Part shown: piece by piece, positions 17,217 through 27,140 of the stretch
How the letters are laid out: each line of letters opens with the position of its first letter
Position numbering within the stretch: the stretch's first letter is position 1
Origin: Gemmatimonadales bacterium
GTDB lineage: Bacteria > Gemmatimonadota > Gemmatimonadetes > Palauibacterales > Palauibacteraceae
Assembly (NCBI GenBank): GCA_030600085.1
Contig: JAUVMT010000001.1
Location: 1-43,627 of the forward strand
Reading direction: 5' to 3'
Length of the DNA stretch: 43,627 bases
The notes under the pieces: generated by a model
What the model was told of the DNA's origin: nothing
Seen by the model: the letters and a program-made list of their open reading frames with translations, nothing else
Database searches by the model: none
Position numbers and translations under genes: made by a program

Positions 17217-18325
17217 GCTCTCGCCGCCGTCTCCTCGCTCTCGAGCCGCAGCTGCCCGCAGGCCGCCGCGATGTCGCGGCCCCGCGGCGTCCGCACCGCA
17301 GCCCCCACGCCGCGCGCCCGCAGCGCCCCGGCGAAAGCGGCCACCCGCTCGGGAGGGCTCGGTCGCCAGTCCACGTAGGGGATCGGATTCAGCGGGATGA
17401 GGTTCACGAACGCGGACAGGCCCCGCATCAGCAGGGCCAGCTGCCCGGCCAGGGCCGTCGCGTCGTTGACGCCATCGATCAACGTGTACTCGAAGGTGAT
17501 CCGCCGACCGCGAAGCCTCGCGTACTCCCGGATGGCCTCGAAGAGCTCGGGCAGGGGATACCGGCGCTCGATGGGCATCAGCCGAGCCCTCAAGTCGTGA
17601 TCCGGCGCGTGCAGCGAGACGGCGAGGCCGAACTGCTCCGGCCGTCGGGCGAGCTCCAGGATTCCGGGCACGAGCCCCACCGTCGAGATCGTGATCCGAC
17701 GGGCGCCCACTCCAAACCCTCCGTGCAGGACGTCCAACGAGCCGTGTACCGCCTCGAGGTTGGCCAGCGGCTCGCCCATCCCCATGAACACCACGTTGTC
17801 GACCGCACGAGCCCACTCGGATCGCGCGAAGCGCGCCGAGTCCCTGTATTGAGCCGCGATCTCGGCGGCGGAGAGTTGCCGGCGGAAGCCGAAGTGTCCC
17901 GTCGCGCAGAACACGCAGCCGAGAGCGCAGCCCGCCTGCGAGGAGAGGCAGAGCGTCAGTCGATCGGAGGTCGGGATCAACACCGACTCGATCTGCTCGC
18001 CGTCCTCCAGCTGCCAAAGGTGCTTCACCGTTCCGTCCCGGGAGCGGGCGACGTGAGCCGCCTCCAGCGGCGTGAGCGAGAGCTCGGAACCGAGCGCGTC
18101 GCGAAGCTCCCTGGGCAGCGTGGTGGCCTCGTCGAACGAGCGGGCCTTCCGATCGAACACCCAGCGGCGGAGCTGCTCGGTTCTGTACGAAGGCTCGCCC
18201 CGCGCCTCCATCGCCGCTCCGACCCGGCGAGAGAAATCCGCCGGGCCGAGTCCGAGGAGATCGGTTCGACTCGGGCGGGCGAGGATCGGGTGGGACGGAT
18301 GGTCGTCGGGTTCGGTCGTCATCAT
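17213..18325 (-). CDS. rlmN: 23S rRNA/tRNA adenine-C2 methyltransferase, radical SAM
   Basis: SSQAGCALGCVFCATGHFG (CxxxCxxC), MGMGEPLAN and the C-terminal AAACGQL. I start it at ATG 18325 (MMTTEPDD) rather than the track start 18409. Confidence 0.92.
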   Translation of the reverse strand: MMTTEPDDHPSHPILARPSRTDLLGLGPADFSRRVGAAMEARGEPSYRTEQLRRWVFDRKARSFDEATTLPRELRDALGSELSLTPLEAAHVARSRDGTVKHLWQLEDGEQIESVLIPTSDRLTLCLSSQAGCALGCVFCATGHFGFRRQLSAAEIAAQYRDSARFARSEWARAVDNVVFMGMGEPLANLEAVHGSLDVLHGGFGVGARRITISTVGLVPGILELARRPEQFGLAVSLHAPDHDLRARLMPIERRYPLPELFEAIREYARLRGRRITFEYTLIDGVNDATALAGQLALLMRGLSAFVNLIPLNPIPYVDWRPSPPERVAAFAGALRARGVGAAVRTPRGRDIAAACGQLRLESEETAARA

Positions 18326-18357
18326 TCGGGGCTCACGCCCGCTTGGCGCTGGCTGAC

Positions 18358-18408
18358 AGCCAGCTGGTGCCGGCCCAGCTAGTGCGGGCCCAGCTGGTTG
18401 CTGGCCCA
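18358..18408. repeat. 15-bp tandem repeat, 3 full copies plus a partial one, each carrying a CCAGCTGG-type palindrome
   Basis: agccagctggtgccg (18358-18372), gcccagctagtgcgg (18373-18387), gcccagctggttgct (18388-18402), then ggccca... It lies in the rlmN / vanZ-aspS divergent intergenic region. Confidence 0.85.
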
Positions 18409-18426
18409 AAAGGCCGGAAATATACT
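18398..18426 (+). promoter_or_regulatory. Sigma70-like promoter for vanZ-like/aspS: TTGCTG-17 nt-TATACT
   Basis: -35 ttgctg at 18398-18403 (the end of the third 15-bp repeat), a 17-nt spacer, then -10 tatact at 18421-18426. The opposite strand reads TATATT (18419-18424) facing rlmN. Confidence 0.5.
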
Positions 18427-18510
18427 GCGAGGCGTTCTACTTGTGCGTGCGTCACGCGTTCCTCCCGGCCTGTCAGAGGGTGCCGTGTCCCGGTCAGCCG
18501 TGAAACCCCG

Positions 18511-18906
18511 TTGAAGAAGCGCGTGGACGCATGGTGGCCCGTCGCCGCCTGGACCCTCGTCATCCTCCTGCTTACTTCGATGCAGCTGCCGACATGGGTG
18601 GGCTTGTCCGGCTCGCACCTCGACAAGCTCGTACATTTCGGGCTCTACCTGGGGCTCGGGCTGACTCTGGGACGTGCGGCCCGCATTTCCGGCTTCACGG
18701 GCGTCGCCATGCTGCTGGGCTTGCTGCTGGCCGGAATCGCCTTCGCCGCCATCGACGAGCTCCTGCAGAACTGGGTTCCGAGACGAGCGCCGCAGATGGC
18801 CGACTGGTTGGCCGATGCGGTGGGGTTGGTGACCGGGTACGTCCTCTACGTCGGACGGTGGAGACATAGATGGAAGACGGAAGCACGCCGGGCACGCCGG
18901 GCGTAG
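18511..18906 (+). CDS. VanZ-like family membrane protein
   Basis: SHLDKLVHFGLYLGLGL and AIDELLQNWVPRRAPQMADWLADAVGLVTGY match the VanZ-like pattern. I start at TTG 18511 (LKKRVDAWWPVAAW). The track start 18343 would add 56 Arg/Cys-rich residues and would span the promoter and repeats. Confidence 0.72.
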   Translation: MKKRVDAWWPVAAWTLVILLLTSMQLPTWVGLSGSHLDKLVHFGLYLGLGLTLGRAARISGFTGVAMLLGLLLAGIAFAAIDELLQNWVPRRAPQMADWLADAVGLVTGYVLYVGRWRHRWKTEARRARRA

Positions 18907-20708
18907 GCCGCGGGCCGACAACCTTCGCGACCGCGTGGAGGGACGCGCGTTGCGGAGACATCTCCGAAGCCTGGCTCGGCCGCCGCGCGAAGCTGGCGGG
19001 TTGGGTCCACCGCGTCCGGGACCTTGGGGGAGTCATCTTCGTCCAGCTCCGGGATCGCGGGGGGCGCGTCCAGCTCGCCTTCGGTCCGGATTGGTGTGAC
19101 GCCGGGATGATCGCTGCGGCCCGGGACCTGAGCTCGGAAGACGTCGTCCAGGTCGAAGGTGAGGTCGTCAACCGGCCGCCGGAGGCCGTGAACCCGGAGA
19201 TGGCGACGGGCTCGATCGAGGTCCACGTGGATGACCTCTGGGTGCTCTCGGAGGCCGCGCCCCTGCCGATCCTCGTGGCCGATGTGGACCAGGAGGCGCT
19301 GCCGGCCGAGGAGCTCCGTCTCCGGCACCGGGTGCTGGACCTTCGCCGTCCGGAGATGATCCGGAACTTCGAGGTACGGCACGAAGCGGTCGCCGCGGCC
19401 CGCGAGGCTCTCTCGGCTGAGGGATTCATGGAGATCGAGACGCCGCTCCTCACGCGGCGCACGCCGGAAGGTGCGCGGGACTACCTGGTACCCAGCCGCG
19501 TGAATCCCGGCGAGTTCTACGCGCTTCCGCAGTCGCCTCAACTCTACAAGCAGCTCCTGATGGTGGCCGGTTACGATCGCTACTTCCAGATCGCGCGCTG
19601 CCTGCGCGACGAGGATCTGCGGGCGGATCGGCAGCCGGAGTTCACGCAGGTCGACGTCGAGATGGCGTACGTGGGCGTGGACGACGTTCTCGGCGTCTGC
19701 GAGCGAATGCTCCAGCGGATGTGGAGCCGGGCCCTCGGCCAGGAGCTTCGCCTGCCCTTCCCACGCCTCTCCCACGCCGAGGCGCTGGAGCTTTACGGGA
19801 CCGACAAGCCGGACCTTCGGGTCGGCTGGAAGCTGGCCGACCTCACCGACCTCCTCACCGGGCTCGGCTTCGGCATCTTCGATCACACGGCCGAGGCGGG
19901 AGGACGGGTGAGGGGTTTCGTGGCCGCAGGCGGCGCCGCCCTCTCGAGATCGGAGATCGGGGGCTTCGAGGAGCTGGCCAGAAAGCGCGGTGCGAAGGGA
20001 GTGATCTGGCTGAAAGCCGGAGCGGAGGGGTGGTCCGGCCCGATCGCCAAGTATGTGAGCGACGACGTCGGTGCCCAGTTGAAGGGGAAGCACGGGATGT
20101 CGGAGGGGGATCTCCTGCTCGTCCTCGCGGGCCCCGACTCCGAGACGTCCGGGCCGCTCGATGCCCTTCGGCGCGCCGTGGCGAGCCGCCTCGGCGCCGT
20201 CGATGAAGGTGGAGAGCACTGGTTGTGGGTCGTGGACTTCCCGCTGTTCGAGCAGGACCCGGCGACCGGCGCCCCGGTGGCCGCGCATCACCCCTTCACC
20301 ATGCCTGTGAACGCGGACGCTGACCGGATCCGCGAGGCCCCATTCGACGTGACGGCTCTTGCCTACGACGTCGTTTACAACGGTGTCGAGCTGGCCAGCG
20401 GCAGCATCCGCTGCCACGACGCCGAGATTCAGCGTGCGATCCTCGAGGCTCTCGGCTTCGACCGTGAAGAGGCCGAGCGCCGATTCGGGTTCCTGCTGGA
20501 GGCGTTCCGCTATGGAGCGCCTCCTCACGGCGGCTACGCGCTGGGGCTGGACCGGACGATCGCGCTGATGGTCGGCGCCCCGTCCCTCCGGGACGTGATC
20601 GCGTTTCCGAAGACGACGACCGCCCGCGGGCTCATGGAGGGAACCCCCTCCAGGGTGGAACCGGAGGACCTCGCGGGGCTACATATCCAGCTATGCGAGG
20701 ACGACTGA
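18870..20708 (+). CDS. aspS: Aspartate--tRNA ligase
   Basis: [22 protein letters not shown] (OB fold), [45 protein letters not shown] and GLDRTIALM. It overlaps the vanZ-like gene by 37 nt. Confidence 0.95.
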   Translation: MEDGSTPGTPGVGRGPTTFATAWRDARCGDISEAWLGRRAKLAGWVHRVRDLGGVIFVQLRDRGGRVQLAFGPDWCDAGMIAAARDLSSEDVVQVEGEVVNRPPEAVNPEMATGSIEVHVDDLWVLSEAAPLPILVADVDQEALPAEELRLRHRVLDLRRPEMIRNFEVRHEAVAAAREALSAEGFMEIETPLLTRRTPEGARDYLVPSRVNPGEFYALPQSPQLYKQLLMVAGYDRYFQIARCLRDEDLRADRQPEFTQVDVEMAYVGVDDVLGVCERMLQRMWSRALGQELRLPFPRLSHAEALELYGTDKPDLRVGWKLADLTDLLTGLGFGIFDHTAEAGGRVRGFVAAGGAALSRSEIGGFEELARKRGAKGVIWLKAGAEGWSGPIAKYVSDDVGAQLKGKHGMSEGDLLLVLAGPDSETSGPLDALRRAVASRLGAVDEGGEHWLWVVDFPLFEQDPATGAPVAAHHPFTMPVNADADRIREAPFDVTALAYDVVYNGVELASGSIRCHDAEIQRAILEALGFDREEAERRFGFLLEAFRYGAPPHGGYALGLDRTIALMVGAPSLRDVIAFPKTTTARGLMEGTPSRVEPEDLAGLHIQLCEDD

Positions 20709-20718
20709 GGGGGCGCAG

Positions 20719-21711
20719 GTGAGCTCCCGGTCCGCCGACACGCAAGTCGTGCAGGAGCGGCTCGATGCCGTCGGGGCGGACCAGCTTTTGCTGGCCGGCG
20801 TGAACGACGCCCACCTTGCGGAGCTGGCTCGGCTCTCCGAGGCGAGGGTGATCCTCCGCGGCGACGACCTCATCCTCTCCGGATCGGCGGGAGCGGTCGA
20901 GCATGCCGTGCCCGCGGCGCGCCACATGATCGAGATGGCCCGCCGGCTGAAGCCGTTCTCCGTCTCGGACGTGGCTCGGTTCCTCGGCGGCGAAGCGCCG
21001 GAGCCGGGCGCCGAGGAGGAGGCCGAGGCCCTCATCCTTCCACGCGCCCGCAGGGTCATCCGTCCCCGCTCCAAGGGCCAGGAGCAGTACATCGATGCGA
21101 TCCGGGACAGCGACATCGTCGTCGGCATCGGCCCCGCGGGGACGGGGAAGACCTACCTGGCCGTGGCCCGTGCCGTGGAAGCGCTACACCTGAAGCGCGT
21201 GCGGAAGATCGTCCTTACTCGCCCCGCCGTCGAAGCGGGCGAGGCCCTCGGCTTCCTCCCCGGGGACATCAGGGAGAAGGTGGATCCCTACCTGAGGCCC
21301 CTGTACGACGCGCTCGAGGACATGATGCCGGCCGAGAAGGTGCGGCGCGCGATCGAGGAGCAGACGATCGAGATCGCACCGCTGGCGTACATGCGCGGCA
21401 GGACGCTCTCCGACGCCTTTATCATCCTGGACGAAGCCCAGAACGCCACCACCGCGCAGATGAAGATGTTCCTCACCCGCCTCGGCCTGAACTCCAAGAC
21501 GGTCGTCACGGGTGACAAGACGCAGATCGATCTGCCGCGCCGCGCCGACTCCGGGCTCCTGGAGATCGAAGAAGTCCTGAAGGGGATCGAGGGCATCGAG
21601 TTCATCTACCTGACGGAGCTGGACGTCGTCCGGCACCGACTGGTCAAGGAGATCATCAGGGCGTACGGAGAGCTCACGGCGGGCGAGCCGGGTCCGGAGG
21701 AGGGGGCATGA
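20719..21711 (+). CDS. phoH: PhoH-family ATPase (YbeZ-like)
   Basis: [12 protein letters not shown] (Walker A), [25 protein letters not shown] and [15 protein letters not shown] start after GAGGGGG. Confidence 0.93.
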   Translation: MSSRSADTQVVQERLDAVGADQLLLAGVNDAHLAELARLSEARVILRGDDLILSGSAGAVEHAVPAARHMIEMARRLKPFSVSDVARFLGGEAPEPGAEEEAEALILPRARRVIRPRSKGQEQYIDAIRDSDIVVGIGPAGTGKTYLAVARAVEALHLKRVRKIVLTRPAVEAGEALGFLPGDIREKVDPYLRPLYDALEDMMPAEKVRRAIEEQTIEIAPLAYMRGRTLSDAFIILDEAQNATTAQMKMFLTRLGLNSKTVVTGDKTQIDLPRRADSGLLEIEEVLKGIEGIEFIYLTELDVVRHRLVKEIIRAYGELTAGEPGPEEGA

Positions 21712-24089
21712 CCGCCCACTACTCGGAGAGCTGGCGAGACGCGTTGCGCGCGCTCGGACGATCGCCGGGCTCCGGCTGGCGGTCCAATCTCGTCCATCAC
21801 GGGAGCCGAGGCCTGCTGCTGCTGGCGCTCACGCTCACCGTGCCGATGCTCTTCCCGGGCGCCCCCCTGCCCGACTTCGCGCGGCTCGAGCAGGGTCAGG
21901 TCGCCACCGAAGACGTGATCGCGGAGATCTCCTTCGACGTGCCGAAGTCACCCGAGCGCCTTCAGCTCGAGCGAGCCGAGGCCGAGCGGGGCGTCGCGCC
22001 GATCTTCACATTCGATCGAGAGGCGGCGGGCCGGGTGACGGAGCGGGTGAACGCGCTGTTCGCACGGCTGGACAGCGCCCTCGCCGTGGCCGATGAGGAC
22101 ACGGTCGCCATCCGGCAGGTGCTCAGCGATATCGAGAACGCGACGGTGCCGACCCAGGAGCAGGGGACGTACCTGCAGGTCGGGGCCCGCCGGCGCGCGC
22201 TGCAGGACGCGCTGGTCCGGGTGTACGATCGGCTTCTGCCCGTCGGGGTCGTGTCGAGCCGTGACCTCTCCGACGTCCGCTCGGCCCAGGTCATCGTCCG
22301 CGAGGAGGGTGGTGACCGACTCGTTCGACGCGACTCCCTCCTGGACGTGGGACGGTTCTACGCCCGCGCATCGGAGCTCGCACCGGCCTCGCTATCGGTC
22401 GATGGTCTTCAGCTCTTCCAGACGCTCATCGTTCACTACCTGGAGGAGAGTCTGAGACTGGATCCGGAAGCCACCGGGCGTACCCGCCAGCAAGCACGAA
22501 CGGCGGTTCAGGGGTCCGCCGGTTTCGTCCTGGAAGGAGAGCGCATCGTCACCGCTCACGAGCGGGTGGGACGCGAGGAGATCGAGAAGCTCCGTGCGTA
22601 CAGCGCGGCTCTGGCCAGCCCCGGTCAGGCGGGAGCCGGATCCTTCTTCCGCTCCCTGGGTGGCGTCCTGTACGCCATCGTCGCGGTCGGAATCCTGTGG
22701 AGCGTCCTCTACTACCATCGTCGGGAGGAGGTGTACGAGAACGCCCGGAACTTCTCCATCGTAGTGATCCTGGTCTTTGTCGTGCTCCTGCTCGCCAGCG
22801 TGGTGGCCCGCGCGGACACCTCCCCCGCTCTCATACCGGTGGCTCTGGCGGCGCTTCTGCTCGCGGCCCTCTACGACGGCTTGCTGGCGGTCGTCACGGT
22901 AATGGTGATCGCGGCGCTTCTCGCCGGCCAGACGGCGTTGCCGGGACTGAGCGCGGCGTTCCTGACGATGGCCGCCGGGGCGTCGGCGGCCGCGGCCGTT
23001 CGCATCATGCGCCGGCGAGCGGACAGCTGGAAGCTCATCGCCGTGATCACGCTGGCGTATGTCGTGGCGGCCCTCGCGCTAGGCCTGCTGTTTACGTGGT
23101 CGCCGCGAGAGCTGTTGCTCACCGCGGCGTTCGGCGCCCTCAACGCGACCGTCTGCACGGTGCTGGTCGTGGGCGGACTCCTCCCCGCGCTGGAAAGCTT
23201 CACGGGAATCACCACCCGGCAGACCCTGCTGGAGCTGTCGGACCTGAATCGTCCGGTTCTGAGTCAGCTGGCGAAGAAGGCTCCGGGGACCTACGCACAT
23301 TCGATCAGCGTGGCGAACCTGGCCGAAGCCGCCTGCTCGGCGATCGGCGCGAACGCTCTGCTGACTCGGGTCGGCACCTACTATCACGACATCGGAAAAA
23401 CGAAGCAGCCCCAGTACTTCGTCGAGAACCAGCCAGCCGGCCGGAACCCCCACGACCGGCTGCGACCCTCCCGCAGCGCGGAAGTCATCAAGGAGCACGT
23501 GCGCGAGGGCCTCCGGCTGGCCGAGGAAGCGCACCTGCCGTCGGCCATCAAGGACTTCATCCGGGAGCACCACGGCACGCTCACGATCTCCTATTTCCTC
23601 AACAAAGCCAGGGAACAGGAGCCGGATCTCGACATCGACCTCTGGGACTTCTCCTATCCGGGCCCCAAGCCGCAGTCGAGGGAGACGGCCGTCGTCATGC
23701 TGGCGGACTGCGTCGAGTCGGCCACGAGGACTCTGCCCGATCCGACGCCCGAGCGGATTCGCTCGCTCATCGAACAGCTGGTCGGGGCACGAATCCGTGA
23801 CGGGCAGCTGGATCAATCGCCGCTCACGCTGGACGATCTCCACCAGATCAAGTCGGAGTTCGCCAAGACGCTGACCAGCTTCTACCACCAGCGCGTGGAA
23901 TACCCCGACTCGGTCCAGAAGCCGGCAGCCCCCTCCGGTGCCGTCGTGACAGGCGACCACGAGGTGCGGTCGGAGCCCTCTCCTTCGGCTACGGGTCTCG
24001 GCGGCGTCGAAGCGGCGGGGGGAGGCAAGACAGCGGAGGCCAGCGTCGAGGCGTCGGGGGGAGACGAGACCCGCGCGCGCGCCGATTGA
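21708..24089 (+). CDS. 7TM-receptor/HD-domain phosphohydrolase (PgpH/YqfF-like)
   Basis: Large extracytoplasmic N-domain, a multi-TM block, then an HD domain ([30 protein letters not shown]). It occupies the conserved position between phoH and ybeY. The ATG overlaps the phoH stop (ATGA). Confidence 0.9.
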   Translation: MTAHYSESWRDALRALGRSPGSGWRSNLVHHGSRGLLLLALTLTVPMLFPGAPLPDFARLEQGQVATEDVIAEISFDVPKSPERLQLERAEAERGVAPIFTFDREAAGRVTERVNALFARLDSALAVADEDTVAIRQVLSDIENATVPTQEQGTYLQVGARRRALQDALVRVYDRLLPVGVVSSRDLSDVRSAQVIVREEGGDRLVRRDSLLDVGRFYARASELAPASLSVDGLQLFQTLIVHYLEESLRLDPEATGRTRQQARTAVQGSAGFVLEGERIVTAHERVGREEIEKLRAYSAALASPGQAGAGSFFRSLGGVLYAIVAVGILWSVLYYHRREEVYENARNFSIVVILVFVVLLLASVVARADTSPALIPVALAALLLAALYDGLLAVVTVMVIAALLAGQTALPGLSAAFLTMAAGASAAAAVRIMRRRADSWKLIAVITLAYVVAALALGLLFTWSPRELLLTAAFGALNATVCTVLVVGGLLPALESFTGITTRQTLLELSDLNRPVLSQLAKKAPGTYAHSISVANLAEAACSAIGANALLTRVGTYYHDIGKTKQPQYFVENQPAGRNPHDRLRPSRSAEVIKEHVREGLRLAEEAHLPSAIKDFIREHHGTLTISYFLNKAREQEPDLDIDLWDFSYPGPKPQSRETAVVMLADCVESATRTLPDPTPERIRSLIEQLVGARIRDGQLDQSPLTLDDLHQIKSEFAKTLTSFYHQRVEYPDSVQKPAAPSGAVVTGDHEVRSEPSPSATGLGGVEAAGGGKTAEASVEASGGDETRARAD

Positions 24090-24144
24090 TCCTCGAGCAG
24101 GCGCTCCAGGGCCTCATGCAGCCGGGGCGCGAGGGTCGTGGCCG

Positions 24145-24591
24145 GTGACCATCCAGATTCAGCTCAACTTGGCGGAGGAATGGCCGGCAACGGCTCGAAT
24201 CCAGCCAGCCCTCGAGCGAGCGGCGCTCGCCGCCGTCGCAACAGCGGAGCGGACGGTGGAGGGCGAGATCGGGGTGAGCTTCGTCTCCGAGGACGTGATC
24301 CGGGAGCTGAACCGCCGCTACCTCGGTCGAACCGAGAGCACGGACGTGATCGCGTTCCAACTGGGTGAGGCCGAGGAGCTGCTCGGCGACGTCTACATCG
24401 CGCCCGAGGTGGCCGCCCGGACGGCCGTCGAGCTGGGCATCCCCGAGGAGGAGGAGCTGGTGCGTCTCCTGGTGCACGGCGTGCTGCACGTGCTGGGACA
24501 CGACCATCCGGAGGGGGAGGACCGTTACGGCTCGGCGATGTTCCGTCTCCAGGAGGAGCTGGTCGAGCGCTTGACGGGGGCGGAGTCGTGA
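24145..24591 (+). CDS. ybeY: rRNA maturation endoribonuclease YbeY
   Basis: LLVHGVLHVLGHDHPEG zinc-binding signature. 148 aa. Confidence 0.93.
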   Translation: MTIQIQLNLAEEWPATARIQPALERAALAAVATAERTVEGEIGVSFVSEDVIRELNRRYLGRTESTDVIAFQLGEAEELLGDVYIAPEVAARTAVELGIPEEEELVRLLVHGVLHVLGHDHPEGEDRYGSAMFRLQEELVERLTGAES

Positions 24592-24628
24592 GACACCCTC
24601 TGCGAGCCGATCCGGCGAGACGAAAAAG

Positions 24629-24650
24629 CGCGAGAGGACCGCGAGAGGAC
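24629..24650 (+). repeat. Perfect 11-bp tandem duplication CGCGAGAGGAC x2 in the mgtE leader (duplicated SD-like GAGAGGA)
   Basis: cgcgagaggac at 24629-24639 and again at 24640-24650. The GTG start of mgtE is at 24662. Confidence 0.9.
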
Positions 24651-24661
24651 ACGGCTGAGCG

Positions 24662-26008
24662 GTGACCGAGCGAACCGAACTCGAACTGCAGGCGACCCGC
24701 CTCGAGGAGCTGCTGAAGCGAGGCGATACCTACGAGCTGCAAGAGCTCGTGGAGAAGGTGCATCCGAGCGACCTCGCCGACATCCTCGAGGAGCTGGACG
24801 AGGAGCAGCGCCTCCGCCTGATCGGTTTGCTGCCGGCCTCGACCGCCGGCGAGACGCTCGCCGAGATGGAGGAGGTCGAGCACCCCGAAGAGCTCCTGGC
24901 CCAACTCGAGCCGGAGAAGATCGCCGAGGTCGTCGAGGAGATGCCCGACGACGACGCGGCCGATCTGATCGGCGAGCTGGAGCCGGAGGAACAGGCCCGG
25001 GTCCTGGCGTCCCTCGAGGATCCGAGCACGATCGAGGAGCTCCTTCACTATCCCGAGGACAGCGCCGGCGGGATCATGACCCGCGAGCTGGTCGCGGTGT
25101 CCTCCTTCCTCACCGCCGGTGAGGCGCTATCCGAGATTCGGCGGCAGGCTCGGGAGATTCCCGGCTTCTACACGATCTTCGTCGTGGATCGCGATGGGAA
25201 GCTGTGCGGCGTGATGAACCTGCAGAGCCTCGTGATGGCCGATCCCGATCAGCCGATCTCCGACCTCATCGAGGGCCCGCCCGCCGTCGTGCCCCTGGAC
25301 ATGGACCAGGAGGAGGTGGGCCGGATCCTCGCCCGGTACAACCTGGCCGCGATCGGCGTGGTGGACGCGCTGGAGCGACTCGTCGGCTGCATCACGTTCG
25401 ACGACGTGATCGACGTCATGGAGGCGGAAACGACGGAGGACATCCTCCGCTTCGCCTCCGTCTCCGAGGAAGAGGAGCTCCGCGGCTCGACGGTGGCGGC
25501 GGTCAAGAGCCGCCTCCCATGGCTCGTCCTCAGCCTCATCACGGCGGCGCTCGCTTCGTCCGTGGTTTACCTGTATCGAAGTACGATCGAGCAGATCGTG
25601 ATCCTCGCGGCGGTGATGCCGGTGATCGCAGCGCTGGGCGGCAACGCCGGCACGCAGGCCCTGGCCGTGACGATCCGCCGAATCGCGCTCTCCGACGAGT
25701 CGCTGGTCGAGCGCTGGTCGGTGGTGACCAAGGAGCTTGCCGTGGGGCTCATGAACGGGCTGATGATCGGCGCCTTCGCGGCCCTCGCCGGACTCCTGCT
25801 CGTCAAAGACGCCGCGTTCGGGCTTGTCGTCATGCTCGCCATGTGGGGCAACCTGGTGGTCGCCTCCACGTTGGGCGGCTTCATCCCGATCTTCCTGGAG
25901 AGCATCAGCGTAGACCCAGCGGTGGCTTCATCGGTCTTCGTGACCACGCTCACCGATCTGGTCGGCTTCTTCCTGCTTCTCGCCCTCGCCTCGGCGCTCC
26001 TCCTGTAG
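24662..26008 (+). CDS. mgtE: Magnesium transporter MgtE
   Basis: Acidic MgtE N-domain (HPSDLADILEELDEEQ), tandem CBS region, and a C-terminal 5-TM domain with GNAGTQALAVTIR and FVTTLTDLVGFF. Confidence 0.95.
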   Translation: MTERTELELQATRLEELLKRGDTYELQELVEKVHPSDLADILEELDEEQRLRLIGLLPASTAGETLAEMEEVEHPEELLAQLEPEKIAEVVEEMPDDDAADLIGELEPEEQARVLASLEDPSTIEELLHYPEDSAGGIMTRELVAVSSFLTAGEALSEIRRQAREIPGFYTIFVVDRDGKLCGVMNLQSLVMADPDQPISDLIEGPPAVVPLDMDQEEVGRILARYNLAAIGVVDALERLVGCITFDDVIDVMEAETTEDILRFASVSEEEELRGSTVAAVKSRLPWLVLSLITAALASSVVYLYRSTIEQIVILAAVMPVIAALGGNAGTQALAVTIRRIALSDESLVERWSVVTKELAVGLMNGLMIGAFAALAGLLLVKDAAFGLVVMLAMWGNLVVASTLGGFIPIFLESISVDPAVASSVFVTTLTDLVGFFLLLALASALLL

Positions 26009-26025
26009 CGGAAGGGGACGACGGG

Positions 26026-27093
26026 ATGATGCGCTCCTTTCCCGACGGAGGCCGTTCGGCGCTGATCGAGTCGTTTCACTCCGGCGAAGAGCACGCCCTC
26101 GCCAGAGCCATATCGGTGGTCGAGGACCAGGCTCCCGGCTTCGAGGCGCTGCTGGATGAGTTGCGGCCATCGGTCGGGCGAGCTCGCCGTATCGGCGTCA
26201 CGGGTCCGCCCGGGGCCGGAAAGTCGACGCTCACGGCCCGGTTTGCCCGCCTGCTGCGCAACGAGGGCCACCGGGTGGGCATCATCGCCGTCGACCCGAC
26301 GAGCCCCTTCACGGGCGGGGCTCTGCTCGGCGACCGGATCCGAATGGCGGAGCTCGCCATCGAGTCCGGCGTCTTCATCCGGTCGATGGCCAGTCGAGGA
26401 TCTGTGGGAGGCCTCGCCACGGCCGCGACGGAAGCGGCGGACCTGATGGATGCGTTCGGATTCGATCGGGTGATCCTCGAGACGCTCGGTGTCGGTCAGT
26501 CGGAGCTCGAGGTCGCCGCCGCCGCCGACTCGACCGTCGTCGTACTCGTCCCCGAGTCGGGCGACGGCATCCAGGCGATGAAGGCGGGGCTGATGGAAGT
26601 GGCCGACATCTTCTGCGTGAACAAGGCCGATCGGCCCGGCGCGGACCGGTTGGTGAAGGAGATCGAGGTGATGAAGGCGATCCGGGCCGGTCGCACGATG
26701 CGGGGGATCCCGCGCCACCACGGCAGGATCGCGGCCGGCAGCGGCAGTGCCGAGCTGGACGTCCCGGCAAGCGATGAGGAGGGATCCCGGAGCGAGGACT
26801 CGCCCTCCGTCTGGGAGGTGCCGGTCCTCAAGACGATCGCGACGGAAGGGGAAGGCATCGACGAGCTCGCGGCGAGCATCGACGGGCACTTCGAGGCCAT
26901 GCGGGCAACGGGCGAACTGGAGGCCAGGCGGTCGCACGCTCTGCTGGAACAGACCCGACGAATCCTGATCCGACGGGCCGAGACATCCACGCTGCGCGCC
27001 TGGAAGGCGGTCGAGAGAGAATTCCTGGAGGAGTTGCTGGCCGGCCGCATGACGCCCTATGAGGTGGCTGAGCGCCTCAATTGGGAGAAGTAG
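26026..27093 (+). CDS. meaB: MeaB/ArgK-type G-protein chaperone for B12-dependent acyl-CoA mutases
   Basis: GVTGPPGAGKSTL (P-loop), GGALLGDRIRM, ETLGVGQSE and VNKADR. ATG 26026 follows GGGGA. The track ORF 25204..27093 is over-extended into mgtE. Confidence 0.92.
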   Translation: MMRSFPDGGRSALIESFHSGEEHALARAISVVEDQAPGFEALLDELRPSVGRARRIGVTGPPGAGKSTLTARFARLLRNEGHRVGIIAVDPTSPFTGGALLGDRIRMAELAIESGVFIRSMASRGSVGGLATAATEAADLMDAFGFDRVILETLGVGQSELEVAAAADSTVVVLVPESGDGIQAMKAGLMEVADIFCVNKADRPGADRLVKEIEVMKAIRAGRTMRGIPRHHGRIAAGSGSAELDVPASDEEGSRSEDSPSVWEVPVLKTIATEGEGIDELAASIDGHFEAMRATGELEARRSHALLEQTRRILIRRAETSTLRAWKAVEREFLEELLAGRMTPYEVAERLNWEK

Positions 27094-27140
27094 CGGTCGC
27101 CCGCCGGAACGACGGGGCGAAGGCGGCGGTAGGAGATCGG

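Noticed and set aside
18311-18329. TTCGGTCGTCATCATTCGG resembling the lexA-upstream TTCGG repeat motif
   Set aside because: The half-site spacing is 14 nt rather than 11. It lacks the TTTC first half, and it spans the rlmN start codon on the opposite strand. Probably coincidental.
18343-18510. TTG 18343 as the start of the VanZ-like gene, which would make the 15-bp repeats coding (AQLV repeats)
   Set aside because: The added 56 residues are Arg/Cys-rich and unlike VanZ proteins. The stretch contains a near-consensus -35/-10 pair. The VanZ core and first TM helix start right after TTG 18511. Not fully excluded.
18846-20528. 560-aa minus-strand ORF opposite aspS, and similar long antisense ORFs (2419..4497 opposite purL, 25567..26937 opposite mgtE/meaB, 40865..42178 opposite rng)
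   Set aside because: Each lies opposite a gene with unambiguous conserved motifs and has shadow-frame composition. None was retained.
24592-24661. Possible M-box (Mg2+) riboswitch upstream of mgtE
   Set aside because: The spacer is only 70 nt, far shorter than an M-box aptamer. The ybeY coding sequence occupies the upstream DNA.
27081-27140. GTG 27081 as the start of the mutase catalytic subunit
   Set aside because: It would overlap the meaB 3' end and add an Ala/Arg-rich peptide. ATG 27141 has a GGTAGGAG Shine-Dalgarno at good spacing.
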